This document shows, piece after piece, positions 37,065 to 48,470 of a DNA stretch of 64,000 nucleotides. Every line of letters begins with the position of its first letter. Position 1 is the stretch's first letter. This stretch comes from Narcine bancroftii (Eukaryota): NCBI RefSeq assembly GCF_036971445.1, contig NC_091472.1, positions 307,644,001-307,708,000 on the forward strand. Reading direction: 5' to 3'. The notes beneath the pieces were generated by a model that saw only the letters and a list, made by a program, of their open reading frames with translations, made no database searches and was not told the origin of the DNA. The translations under genes and the position numbers were made by a program.

Positions 37065-37437
37065 CTGTGGTTCTCAACCTTTTTCTTTCCACTCACATTC
37101 CACCTTAAGCAATCTTGATGCCATCGGTGCTGTGATTGGTAAGGGATTGCTAAAGGTGGGATGTGAGTGGGAAGGGAAGGTTGAGAACCCCTGCTCTGGA
37201 CCCAATTGTTACTAAAATATTTTGCTTGAGAAAAATTGCCATTGACCCATTTCCTTTGGAGTTCTGAAACCGTGCACATAACAAGTCAATGAGGGACGAT
37301 TAAAACAGTGGTTTTCAAACTTCTTCTTTCCACCCACATCCCACCTTAAGCAATCCCTTACTAATCACAGAGCACCGATGGCATAGGGATTACTTAAAGT
37401 GGGATGTGAATGGAAATAAAAAGGTTGAGAATCATTG
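37065..37437. mobile_element. hAT (Charlie-like) MITE, complete, dimeric
   Basis: TIR cWgtggttctcaacc / ggttgagaatcattg; 8-bp TSD atctatag/atctatgg. Confidence 0.88.
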
Positions 37438-37694
37438 ATCTATGGAAAGAGAGAACTCGAATTAGCACAACTGGCTGATGAACTTACATCCATCGCAACT
37501 GGCCAGGTCTCGTACAAGATGAATAGGGTATTTTTTTTCAGAACAATATGGAAAGTCAGAAAATGCTGCTCCAAATGTTCCAATTAAGCATATTTTATTT
37601 CTGGCATTATCTGCTTTTCAAATACCAGTTTCCAGCAATGTGCAGCTTTTTCAAATATGAAGAGAAATCTGTGCGTATCATGCTTCAGCGTGGA

Positions 37695-39075
37695 GTTCTG
37701 CAGTATGGAAACAGAACCTATGGTCCCACTTGTTCATTACCACCAAGCTTGTCCCACTTGCCAGAATTTGGCACATATTCATCTGAACCTCTCCTATCCA
37801 TGTACCAGTCGAATGAGACGATTGTCCCTAACTCTTCCTCGAGCAGTTCATTCCATGTACTCATCACCCTCTGTGTGAAGAAGGAGCCCCTCTGGTCCCT
37901 TTGAAATCTTTCACCTTGAAACCATCGTCTCTAGTTTTAGATTCAATTACTCTGGGAAAAAAAATATACGATTATTTATGTCTCTTTATGATTTTATAAA
38001 CATATTAGGTCCCCATATGCTCCAAGAAGAAAAGTCTCAGTAAAATTCTCATTTATCTTTTCTCCTCCCTTTCCTGTTTAATGATACATTTCCGGTAGCT
38101 GGGGGACCAAAATTGCACCCATGTGCAGCCTGACCAACATCCTGTACAGTGGCAATGTGATGCCCTTGCTCCTGAACTCAATGGCCTGGTTGATGAAGGC
38201 AAGCATGCCAAACACCTCTTCACCACTCTTACGACCTGTGCAGGTAGTTTCATGGAACTATGTACCCATACCCCCAAATCTCTTTGTTCTACAACATTCC
38301 CCAGAGCCCTACCATTCACCTTTCAAGTCCTGCCCTGATTGAACCCACCAACATTCATTTCACACTTTGCATTTGTCAGAGTTGAATTCCATCTGCCATT
38401 TCTTGGTCCACATTCCCAGCTCATCTATGTCCTGTTGTAATCTCGGAAAATCTTCTTCACTGTCCACTATACCATCAATTTTGGCGTCATCCAAAAACTT
38501 ACTATCCACGCTAACTAGATTGTCATTCAAGTTGTTACTGACAAAAGGCAATGGAGGAAAAACCCAACACCCAACCCCAACCAACCAATTTTCCCCTACA
38601 GCCGCTGCAACCGTGTCTGCCTGTCCCACATCGGACTTGTCAGCCACAAACGAGCCTGCAGCTGACGTGGACTTTTACCCCCTCCATAAATCTTCGTCCG
38701 CGAAGCCAAGCCAAAGAAGAAAATAGATGACATACGAAAACAGACCTAGCAATGATCCCCATGGCACACCACTGGTCATTGGCCTCCAACATAAATAACA
38801 ACCCTCTGCTACCTCCCTCTCTCCTACCATCCAGCCAAATCTGTATCCATTGGCCAGCTCACCCTGGATACCTTGTGATTTGACCTTCCAGACTAGGCTA
38901 CCTTGCAGGATCTTGTCAAAAGCCTCACTAAAGTCCATATGGGCAATGTTCACTTATCAATCCTGTTGGTCACCTCCTCAAAAATCTCAATCAAGTTCAT
39001 GGTTCACAAGATCCCATGCATAAACCAATGGTAACTATTTTTAATCAGTCCTAAACTTTCCAAATGTTTGTAATG
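37695..39075 (-). mobile_element. CR1 LINE fragment (RT to 3' UTR), interrupted by an RTE 3' copy
   Basis: MDFSEAFDK, SGVPWGSLLG, KFLDDAKI and WQMEFNSDKCKV. Confidence 0.85.
38537..38722 (+). mobile_element. RTE 3'-terminal ~186-bp copy
   Basis: Near-identical to 16231-16416; sits inside a CR1. Confidence 0.9.
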
Positions 39076-39374
39076 GTTTTAAAAAAAATTGTGTAGCTAA
39101 CAGTGAATGACTAAGGTTGCATTAAAAGGCTGTACCAGCATATTTTTACCAATTTATTTTGGAAAAATATAAATTTTATAACCTGTCACTTCTTGGAATG
39201 GACAATTTGAATGGCTTACTTCCATTCACTTTTTGTTGAAACCTTGGGACTTGCTTACATTAAAAACCTGATATAAATATATATTATTGTCCTTTGATAA
39301 TACTAAACTGTATTTTTAGTACTTTACAACCTTATTGAGCAAAGACACCATTTTATTTTAAAATGTATTTTCAC

Positions 39375-39693
39375 AGAAGAGCCAGCAGACCACGCAGCGA
39401 CAATGGCCCCGGCAAGCGAACCAGCGGTTATATGGCTAAGGCAGCATAGGGGCCAGTATCCCCAACATGGCGGGCGCTGGCCCCCAATACACAGCCAACA
39501 GCTTGGGGAAAACGCGCAAGAAGGGGGCCCACGCACGGGAAGCCTGCTATTGTTATGCGGACAGTGACGTCGGTTGTTGGGGCAAACGGCGGGAGCACCA
39601 ATAGACTAAAAGCTGGGGTTCAGCCCCAATAAAACACTGAGCTACACCTCACCACACCCGTGTGTGCCTTTCGTAGAGTAGCGCGCGGCTACA
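39375..39693 (+). mobile_element. Probable solo LTR, 5' end unclear
   Basis: CpG-rich block with a TATA-like ctaaaag, AATAAA near 39628 and a ...GCTACA end; same layout as 11544-11837. Confidence 0.6.
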
Positions 39694-40009
39694 GGCAACT
39701 GAAATAGCCTATCAGAGGGTAATTCAGTAAATTGCATGGCATTAAGATATTGTCTCCAACAGGGGAAATCAAACATTAAGTACCATTTTTTAATATAAAT
39801 AACTTCCTTAAAGAATAGCTAGAATGGCTTGTTTGCTCTATCAGTGGCTATTTCTCTCCAAATCCTCTTGAACATTGATAAACTGAACCAATACAGAGTA
39901 ATGGAAATGACCTTAGAAACTTAAAATTTAATCATTTTCGTACTTTTTTCTCCTGATAAGTGTCCAATAATAACCACCCAAGGTGAAGCTCTTTTTTTAA
40001 TCTGAGCAA

Positions 40010-40400
40010 GATTGATATCTTGAAAGGATGAATTGAAAATGTCATGTGTGAACTTTTTCACAGTTGCCAACTGGGAAATTATAGACCAGTGAGCCTCACA
40101 TCGATAATTGTTGGAGAGGATTTAGGGACTTGCAGAACGACATGATCAGAATCGGAACAGTCTGCAGAGCTTTTTGCAGGGCAGGTCATGACTTTCAAAT
40201 TTGATTGAGTGTTTTTGAGGAGGTAGCAAAGGTGTTTGATGAGGATAGGGAATTGCATTTGTCTACATGGACTTTCGTGAGGCATTGTACAAGATCCCTC
40301 ATGGTAGGGTGATCCTGAAGATAGCAATGCATGAAATCTATGTGAATTGCAAGTTTGAAAATGGAATTGGTTGCCCGGCAGAAAGCAGAGGGTAGGTAAT
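40010..40400 (+). mobile_element. CR1 RT fragment
   Basis: aattatagaccagtgagcctcacatc (NYRPVSLTS) and gtctacatggacttt. Confidence 0.7.
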
Positions 40401-40570
40401 AGTTGCATTATTAAAAGCATTGAGAGGCAGAAGCAACCATACCATGGATAGAAGATTGGCAAAAGTAAATCACGAAAATCTGTAGAAACCATGATTGATG
40501 TAAAAACACAAAATGCTGGAGAGGCCCAGCAGATCAAACAGCGTCCTTGATATAGCAAAGGTGAAGATAC

Positions 40571-40606
40571 ATAACTGACGTTTCAGGCTTGAGCCCTTCA
40601 TCAAAG
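40571..40606 (-). ncRNA. Candidate minimal hammerhead ribozyme motif (Penelope-associated, C3U-type core)
   Basis: Minus strand reads UUGAUGA-a-GGGC ucaa GCCU-GAAA-CGUC|aguuaug. Confidence 0.5.
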
Positions 40607-40818
40607 TGTGAATGAATGCTGGCAGCCATCCAAACAGAAGAGCAGGGAGGGGAAAGGGGGTGGCAAAGGCAGGAGATAATAGCTGGAGAAATGAGGGGTT
40701 AGGGAAACAGCAACAATGAGGGGGAGGAGTGATGGCTGGGTGGGTGAGGGAGTAGGGAGGGAGAACTGAAAAGACTCGGAAGGGGGGGGGGGGTGAAAAG
40801 AAAAAGTGAGCAGGTTCT

Positions 40819-40859
40819 CATAACCTGATGAAGGGCTCAAGCCCGCAACGTCGCTTCTG
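40819..40859 (+). ncRNA. Degenerate minimal hammerhead ribozyme motif
   Basis: cataac-CUGAUGA-a-GGGC ucaa GCCC-GcAA-CGUC; GAAA has mutated to GCAA. Confidence 0.45.
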
Positions 40860-40959
40860 TACCTTTGCCATTACTACATAAAGGACACTGTTTGCCCTGC
40901 TGACCTTGTCCAGCATTTTGTGTTTTTCATAGAAGATTAGCAGAAGCTAAAGAGGGGGA

Positions 40960-41610
40960 ATAAAGGAGGGCTTTTCTAGCCTGCTGCCGGTGGCGAGTGG
41001 TGTTCCGCAGTGGTATTGGGTCCGCTACTTTTCATGCTGTATCCAAATGAATGAGATATGGAATTGATGGCTTTTGCAGCCAGGTTTGCAGATGATATGT
41101 AGATAGGTGGAGAGGGAGTATTGAGGAAGCAGAGAGTCTGCAGAGGGATTTGAACTGGGAGAACGGGCAAATGTGGCAGCTCGAATACATTGTCGGGAAG
41201 TGTATGGCCATGCACGTTGGTGGAATGAAGTAAAGAAGCAGATGGTTTTCTAAACGGAGATAGAATTCAAAAAGCGGAGGTCCCAGAGGATCACTTGAAG
41301 TTTAACTTGCAGGCTCAGTCAGTAGTGAAGCAGGCAAATTCAACGCAAGCATTCCTTTTGAGGGGAATAGAATACCAAAGCCAGAATGTAATGCTGAGGC
41401 ATTGGTCAGACCACATTTTGAGCAGTTCTGGGCGGCATATCTAAGGAAGCAGGTGCCAGCATTGGAGAAGGTCCAGAGAAGGGTTACGATAACGATTCCT
41501 GGGATGAGAGAGATAATGTATGAGGAGTGTTTGATGGCTCTGGGCCCTGCATTTGGGCTGGAGTTCAGAAGGGTGGAGTATGCAATCTCATTGAAGCCCA
41601 CTAAATTTTA
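40960..41610 (+). mobile_element. CR1 RT fragment
   Basis: tttgcagatgat (FADD) and VRPHFEQFWAAYLRK..LEKVQRR. Confidence 0.8.
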
Positions 41611-42544
41611 AAATTTTAAAAGTGGATGAGTAACTCCCTCACACGTTCAACATGAAACTTAAATTTTGTGCACCTTGATGCGAACTTGTTCTCCAAAGCC
41701 ATCTTGCCTTGAAATTATGAGATAATATTTAGCAATAGAGCCAAGAGCAACACCACACTGTCTCATGTGAAGGAGCAGAGCAAGTGCAATCCATGAAACA
41801 GCTGAGAGAAACTTTAACAGCTGGCGAGGATGCAGATCCTGGTTTATACACGTCAAAAACAACAGTTCTAATAAATGGTTAAAATCATCAGATATTGTTA
41901 TACTTTCATAATAGAGAAGGACCCATCAGGTTATTTGTTGGCCTCGAGGAGAGCAATTTTATTAGTTCCCTCCCACCCTTGGTTATCTCCACGTACCCCT
42001 GCAACATGATCTTTCTCTATGCCTATTAAGTCTCCTTCTGATTCTTTTGGATATTTAGTAAAAGGTAAATTATTAGCGTGCCAGTCTGCTGCCGGATATG
42101 GGAGGAAACCCATACATTCATGGAGATCTTAGGAGTTGTAACACAGACAGCTCTCAATCCCATCATCAAACACAGCATCCACACTAAGAATGTTTGCTCA
42201 AAAAGATTTTAAAACAACATAATGGTAAAGAAATGATTGAAAGCCTTTCATTCAACTGAATTCATTCAAAATAGTGAAAGATATGTATTAATTAAATCTC
42301 TTGCATTCTGTCCTTGCCACTGACTTTTCCTTCCCCTGGTCTAATCTAAGATATCACCATAAATTCCTCCTCTCCACGAGTGGCACCGTGCAGTCAGGGG
42401 ATCGCAAGGAGAGAGTGGCCAACAAGGTCGAGACTTCTGCACTTGCCTAGAAAGCACAAACGCAGAGAAATTTTGGCAGTTTCGCACAGAACGACTGCAT
42501 GTTACAGCAAGTGTGGGGCAAGGCATTAAATGAGGAATGGGGAC

Positions 42545-42752
42545 TTTATTTATTTATTTACTTTAATTTGGCCGTACGGCACAGTAACATGCAAACCCCA
42601 TGCGTTTCGGAGGGTGGGAGGAAACCGGGGCACCTGGAAGAAACACATGTAGGCACAGGGAGAAGGTACAAACCCCTTACAGGTAGTGCCGTATCCAAAC
42701 CCAGGTCATGGGCTGCGCTAACCATGCCGCCCCCTACATTATCCGTGCTGCC
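42545..42752 (-). mobile_element. V-SINE (HE1-like) fragment
   Basis: Plus gtgggaggaaaccggggcacctggaagaaacaca is the reverse complement of the V-domain core; (ttta)n tail. Confidence 0.7.
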
Positions 42753-43649
42753 CCGTTGATGATACAGGTGTATTTCTGGATTTGTGCTGATTTTTAGTGA
42801 AGCAAGTCTAAGAGCACTGATTATTATTATAAAATTTAAATGAAACCTCGAGCTAATATTCAAATGATATTGCTTCAAAAAAAACTAGCAAGTGAGTCAG
42901 TTTTTGCAGTCACTAGAAATTGGATAGTAATAAACCAGGTACCAGGAACCTGTTAACTGTGAATGAATTTGATAATAAAGTTGATGAGGCAAACTAAATT
43001 CCAGCTATAACATGATAAAGTTCAAAGCACAGGGATAATGTATCAGTTCACATTCATTAGTAAAACTGTTTCTGCTCAATGTGACCCCTTGCACTATTTC
43101 CGTCAGAATTCTATGTTTTCACAAAACCGCATTATCTCTTCAAGGCAGTAATTTTCCCAACTCAACCACAAATTTAGATCACTATCTTTACAGAACTCAG
43201 AGTCATATTGTAGATATGTGTCATTTTCTGCGAGGTAGCTGCTACTAGCATACATAGTAAATCATTGCTAGCTTCTGATATTGGAAGCTCTATTTTTCAA
43301 ATCAAAGATATATAGCGCCTGTAGCGGACCGAGCGACTGCGCGGTTAGATGGGCCGAATCGATTGGTGCAAGATGGCGCGGGCCCCTTGCCCTTCTCAGG
43401 AGAAGCCCGCATTTGTTCCAGATATTCTTTATGAGTTTCACATGAAGATTAAAATAACATTTATATTGCAGATGTTTTACTTATCCTCAATGTGAGTTAC
43501 TCATTTCTTTTGATTAAACTCCTCAATTTATAATTAGCTCTACAAGTGACTAATATTGCAATGATTAAAGTTTATCACCTGCTTTCAAAGAGCTAATTAG
43601 CAGTAATGATGAAAAATCGAAAGCACAACAGTTCATTCATCAACGAAAG

Positions 43650-44391
43650 AAGAGTAAATGCATGGTAGATATTGGTCCATCTTGTACTCGCACATTGGAA
43701 AGTCAAACCACTTGACTGTGCTTCTTCCTGCATACAAGCAGAAAGGCTCAGAGCACTGCACTGGTAGAGAAGACTGAACAGAATTGGTCTGAGGAGGCAG
43801 AGGAGAGGGCTTGTGACTGAAATCAGCAGACTTGGGCATGTTCAAAGACTCGGCGGCAGATATGAATGAATGCACCACATTTGTTACCAACTTCATCGGG
43901 AAGTGGATGGATGAGCGCATTCCTACTAAACCTATCCAGATGTCCCCCAACCAGAAGGCAATCCACAACCTGTTGAAGACCACATCAGTGGCATTCAGAT
44001 CAAGTGATTCAGAGACCTACAGGAAGAGCAGGTACACCAGCCCATTATCAATGGAAAAAAGACAATTCTGGAGAAAGCTGGAGTCTCAGACAGAAGTGGC
44101 AGCTTCCTATAAGCCAAAACCAAGTACTTCAGCTCACTTTGAACAAGAGAACAATGATGTCTCCTCATGTGCACCCACAGCCCCTGGTGGTTCTTGGCTC
44201 CCAATAACTGAGGCTGACATGAAAAGAATCCTCAGGAGAGCAAATAGTCAGAAAGTGTCCGGCTCAGACAGCATACCTGGTTGCATCCTTAAAACCTGAG
44301 TGGACCGGCTGACTGGAGATTTTGCAGATAGTTTCAACCTCTAGCTGCTACAGTCTGGTTTCCACCTACTTCAAGAGGTTATCCATCATAT
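43650..44391 (+). mobile_element. Rex1/Babar LINE fragment
   Basis: SAADMNECTTFVTNFI..PNQK and KVSGSDSIPGCILKT. Confidence 0.8.
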
Positions 44392-44616
44392 TGTACTACC
44401 AATCAACCACAACCAGACAGAGAATCATGACTAATAGGCTTTAATCACCTAAAAGTGTCAGCACAGCTTGCATGTTGCTGGTCCAATTCTCAGGCAAGTA
44501 CTGAGGGAGGGGTTTGGGCATAACAGTCTTTATGGGGATATCCGGGAGGGAGGAGTCGCAGGTTCAGGGGTGGGCCAGCCCATACATACATGTGTATCCA
44601 TAGTGGTAGCACCACA
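44392..44616 (-). mobile_element. Solo LTR (225 bp), related to the LTRs of the 54413-58717 element
   Basis: TG...CACCACA termini; TSD catat/catct; shares ctttatgg and gtgggccagc. Confidence 0.78.
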
Positions 44617-44639
44617 CATCTGAGAAGAGCAAGGTGACC

Positions 44640-45629
44640 TGCTTCCCAGACAATGGTAAATTCAAAATAAATTATTATTAATAACATAACATTTCATACT
44701 TATCTCCAAACTGAACTCTAACTTAATTCCTACTATGTGCAAATGTAGATATGTGTGTGTGTCAAAATCCAAACCATTACAGCTCGGGGTCGTCTGAAAA
44801 GTCCATTTTAAACTTCAGCATCAAACATCTTGTGTTGCTTGAAGATTCTTAAATTGCAGTTCAGAAGCGCATTTAAACATCATGTCTTCAGATTGCTTTA
44901 AACGCATGAGTCTTTCAATAAGTTGTGTTTCAGAGAGATATTCTTCATACGAGTGTTTTTACAAGTTTCCCCCTCTCTTGTTAGGGTTATGGGACTGTGA
45001 TTTTCATGATCATTTCTCTCTTAATCAAGAGCAAAATGATCTTACTTATTTTAAAGCCACTTATTTTGAGTATCTCCTATGATAAGGATAATACAATACA
45101 GAACAGATTCTCCCTCTCTCTCCAGACACTAATGTTTTACCCCTGTATCTTTCACAGGATGGTCAATCTCTCCAGTCTGGTTTTTAAAATGTCTCTACCT
45201 TCTCGGAAATCATGTGGCATAAGATCACTACTGTTTCAGTTTCATTTCTCCAAAACACAAATCATGGTAGATGACCTTCTGCCTTCCTTCAAATGATCAC
45301 TTCACATCCACAAAAACATTTGACCTCCAGGAGGTTTACGAGGTTGACTCTGTAAAGTCACTCAAGGAAGAACTTGCTTAATAGACCAGCTGCCAGTAGA
45401 ATGTTGTGTACACATGCATTGTCATGGAATCAATTAAGACCCACTTCAGTTCCATTATGGTTTGGTTCTTCCAGACTCTGCGACTCCAAAATGAACTCTC
45501 TCCCTAAGTGCAATGGTGTCTCTGTAAATGTGATGTGACCTGTGTCTGACCCCGTCCATCTAACTAACTTCACTAAGACATATATATGAAATATAGTTTA
45601 ACATTAAAGATTAACACAAATCCGTTACA
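44640..45629 (-). mobile_element. Solo LTR (~1 kb) related to the Gmr1-element LTRs
   Basis: Both ends match those LTRs (agacaatggtaa..taataacataacat; cactaagacatatata..aaagattaacacaaatccgttaca); the middle has diverged. Confidence 0.75.
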
Positions 45630-46524
45630 GTGACACATTGAGTCCTAAATGGAGTCATATTAAATGGGTGCAGCTGTTGAATTTTGTTGCTTTGCAAACA
45701 AATTTGAAAGTAGGTCCTTAAAGGCACCTTCATGAGCAACTAACACAGCGGCAACATTCACGACAGCTAAAGTGGAAGGAAAAGCCATAAGGGAAAGGGA
45801 CTGGTTCCCACATTTACTGAAAGAAATGCCAGGACCAGATAAGGACAATTCAGCAGGAATCAAAGTCCTTTACCTTCTCCACTTCAGCGAAAATGCCAAG
45901 AACTACACGGGACGCCCCAGTTGGGTGTTCCTAGCTGCAGTACCTCACTGTGCATGAGAAGGTGATTTTCCTTTTCAGTGAACAGCCACTGAGGCACTAC
46001 ATGAATTCTACCATAAATTAAGTTTCACTGTGATTACTAAATCCTCTTGTATTGATTGATATTTTAGTAACTAATTTAATAATAGAAAATACTGAGAATA
46101 CTCTACAACCTCTTTGGAAAGAGAACCGTAGTTAATGATTCAGGTCGGATGCTTCATTAGTTGTGATAGCTTGGTGGAGCCATTCAGCAGGTGATAGGCT
46201 CTCCTTCGCAGGGCTTGGAAATTGGTGCTGGTGATGCCTGGTGCAGAGGCACAGATAAAGAGCTCCCGAAGTTTTCATGCTTCTGTTCTGTGTCTCCCTG
46301 ATCCAGCTTGAACCATAGCTGGGGTTGGGGAAAGGAACATACTTTTGGTCCTTGCCTGATGCCTGGTCTCCTCTCTACACAATTGTGTAGAGAACTTGAG
46401 AGAATGCCAAGTCTGTGGGTTAGAACATTGGTAACCCTAACCATATGATCAGCTTCCTGTCGTCATGCAAGGTCAGTGATCCAAGTCTGTAGCTTTAGTA
46501 CAAGCAAACCGAACTCAGGAAAGA

Positions 46525-46730
46525 GTAAGGTGGGACGTGGGTGGAAAGAAAAAGTTTGAAAACCACTGTTTTAATCATACTTAATTAACTTGTAATGTGC
46601 ACAGTTTCATAACTCCAAAGGAAATGGGTCAATGACAATTTTTCTGAGGTCAAATATTTCAGTAACCCCGATGGCATAGGGATTACTTAAAGTGGGATGT
46701 GATTGGAAAGAAAAAGGTTGAGAACCACTG
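46525..46730. mobile_element. hAT MITE copy, inverted and internally deleted
   Basis: Reverse complement of the 37200-37350 segment, plus a ggttgagaaccactg end. Confidence 0.78.
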
Positions 46731-47594
46731 ATATAAACCAACGACCAAGATGGAAGCTGTTTGGCCAAAATAAAGAAGATACATTCAGAGTGAAAATTAC
46801 CTCATTAGTCAACATTTTGACCTTCATAATAAATCAAAGGTTACAAAAGTAACTAAAAAAAGATCCCATGGTGTTTGAAAAGTTGCATTCAAATTGGAAA
46901 TTGAGTATCTAATCTTCTCCAAATTTAAACATGACATCATGCAGCCATTGAGCATCCCTCCATCTGAGCAATACCGCTCGCCCAGCCATAAGACAAATAA
47001 AAGCTAATACATGTAGCACAGATGTCATTAATGTTATGACACTCTTTCCAACAATACAAAACAAAACAGTTAAGGGATTTGGTTTAAAATTAACTTTAAA
47101 AAGTGGAGAGAAAGTTTGAAATAATTTGTTTCAATATTTCTCAATACTGATATGTCGAGAACATATGAATTAATGAAGTAATTATAAATTACTCTCAAGG
47201 CCCTGACATCGTTCAAGTATGTTCTTATTGAGGTCGTACAACATCTTTCTACGTGCAGTGTTAAGCCACACTGGTGTGTCAGCAGCTGCCTAATTTACAA
47301 CGTGTCACCTCGCCACATTTCTAAGGTCATGCATTACAGGCTAACGTAACGAAGGAAATCCTTGAATGTCTCCTGATGACAAACAATTCTTTTTCAACTA
47401 AAAATTATTGCCTCAATGAAGTGGAGCACATAATTAGGAAATATTTTGACTGATGCCATGTCTACCAGCTTCTCCTGGTGATTAATATTTATGACCTTTA
47501 TTCCTTAATAAATGTAGATCCTCTCTATTTGCGATTGTTAAAGCCCCTTCCTGTATCTTCTCCATTCTTCGTACTCCTACCTTTTCTCTGGGAG

Positions 47595-48470
47595 AACAAG
47601 GACAGAGTCTCACTTTTCCTCATTTTCTACCCTAACAGCCTCCAAATCCATCACATTATCTTCTGACACTTCTGCCAACATCAGTGTGATCCCACAACCA
47701 GCCACATCATCCTCTCTCCACCCCATTCTCTCTTCCCTCCCCACCCAATCTTCTACCTCCTCAGGCACTTCTACTATAACCACAAGAAGTCCTAAGCTTG
47801 TCCCTACATCTCCTCCCTCGTCTCCGACCAGGGCCACAGGTGATGCAGAGCTTTACATGTACATCGTCCAACCCGATCTTCTGCATTTGGTGTATTTGGA
47901 GTGGCCTCCCTAGTGATGAGACTCAAAGCAGATTGGGTGACCAGCTCACTGAATACCTGCACGCTCTGAGTCCAGACCTCCTGCTGCCATCCATTTTAAT
48001 TTCCCAAACCATGCCTATAGTGACATACCTGTCTTTCCACTCACCCATTGTCTGGGCGAGCCCAAATGTACACTTTACATATTTCTCCTGAAATGCCTTA
48101 AACCTGGAATTGATTTTTTTCTAATTTTAGGAAGCCTTTACCCCATCTGATTCCACTATTCCCATCTCATTTTTACCAATACCTGTACATTTTTAAAAAT
48201 TTCTCTCTCTCTCTCCATCCCTCCCTCTCTAATTTTTCTTCCCGATCTCCTCTCCAAATGGCTTCTCACCTCTCACACCTTCTGATCTATACTCTATCAT
48301 CCTTGGACCCTTCCCCAGCTTCTTTTGTCCTTTATAATATGTAATTTAATCTATTCTACATCACTCTTAATGAAGGGTTCACACCTGAAACACTAACCAT
48401 CTCTGCTCATGGGCGTTGTTTGATCTGCTGAGTTTTCCAACAATTCTTTGTTCACTCAAGACTTATGACC
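47595..48470 (+). mobile_element. Penelope-like element remnant
   Basis: QSFTCTSSNPIFCIWC...ETQSRLGDQLTEYL (GIY-YIG remnant) and a tgatctgctgagttttccaac end. Confidence 0.75.

Larger units (their letters stand above)
40470..40930. mobile_element. Penelope-like terminal repeats in inverted arrangement
   Basis: ~40500-40603 is the imperfect reverse complement of ~40825-40928. Confidence 0.8.

Noticed and set aside
35234-37437. Recurrent palindromic repeats, considered as a CRISPR-like array
   Set aside because: Eukaryotic context, no regular repeat-spacer period; explained by hAT MITEs.
43320-43412. CpG-rich patch with a YY1-like aagatggcg, considered as a promoter
   Set aside because: Starts TGTAG like the local solo LTRs and is under 100 bp; more likely an LTR fragment.
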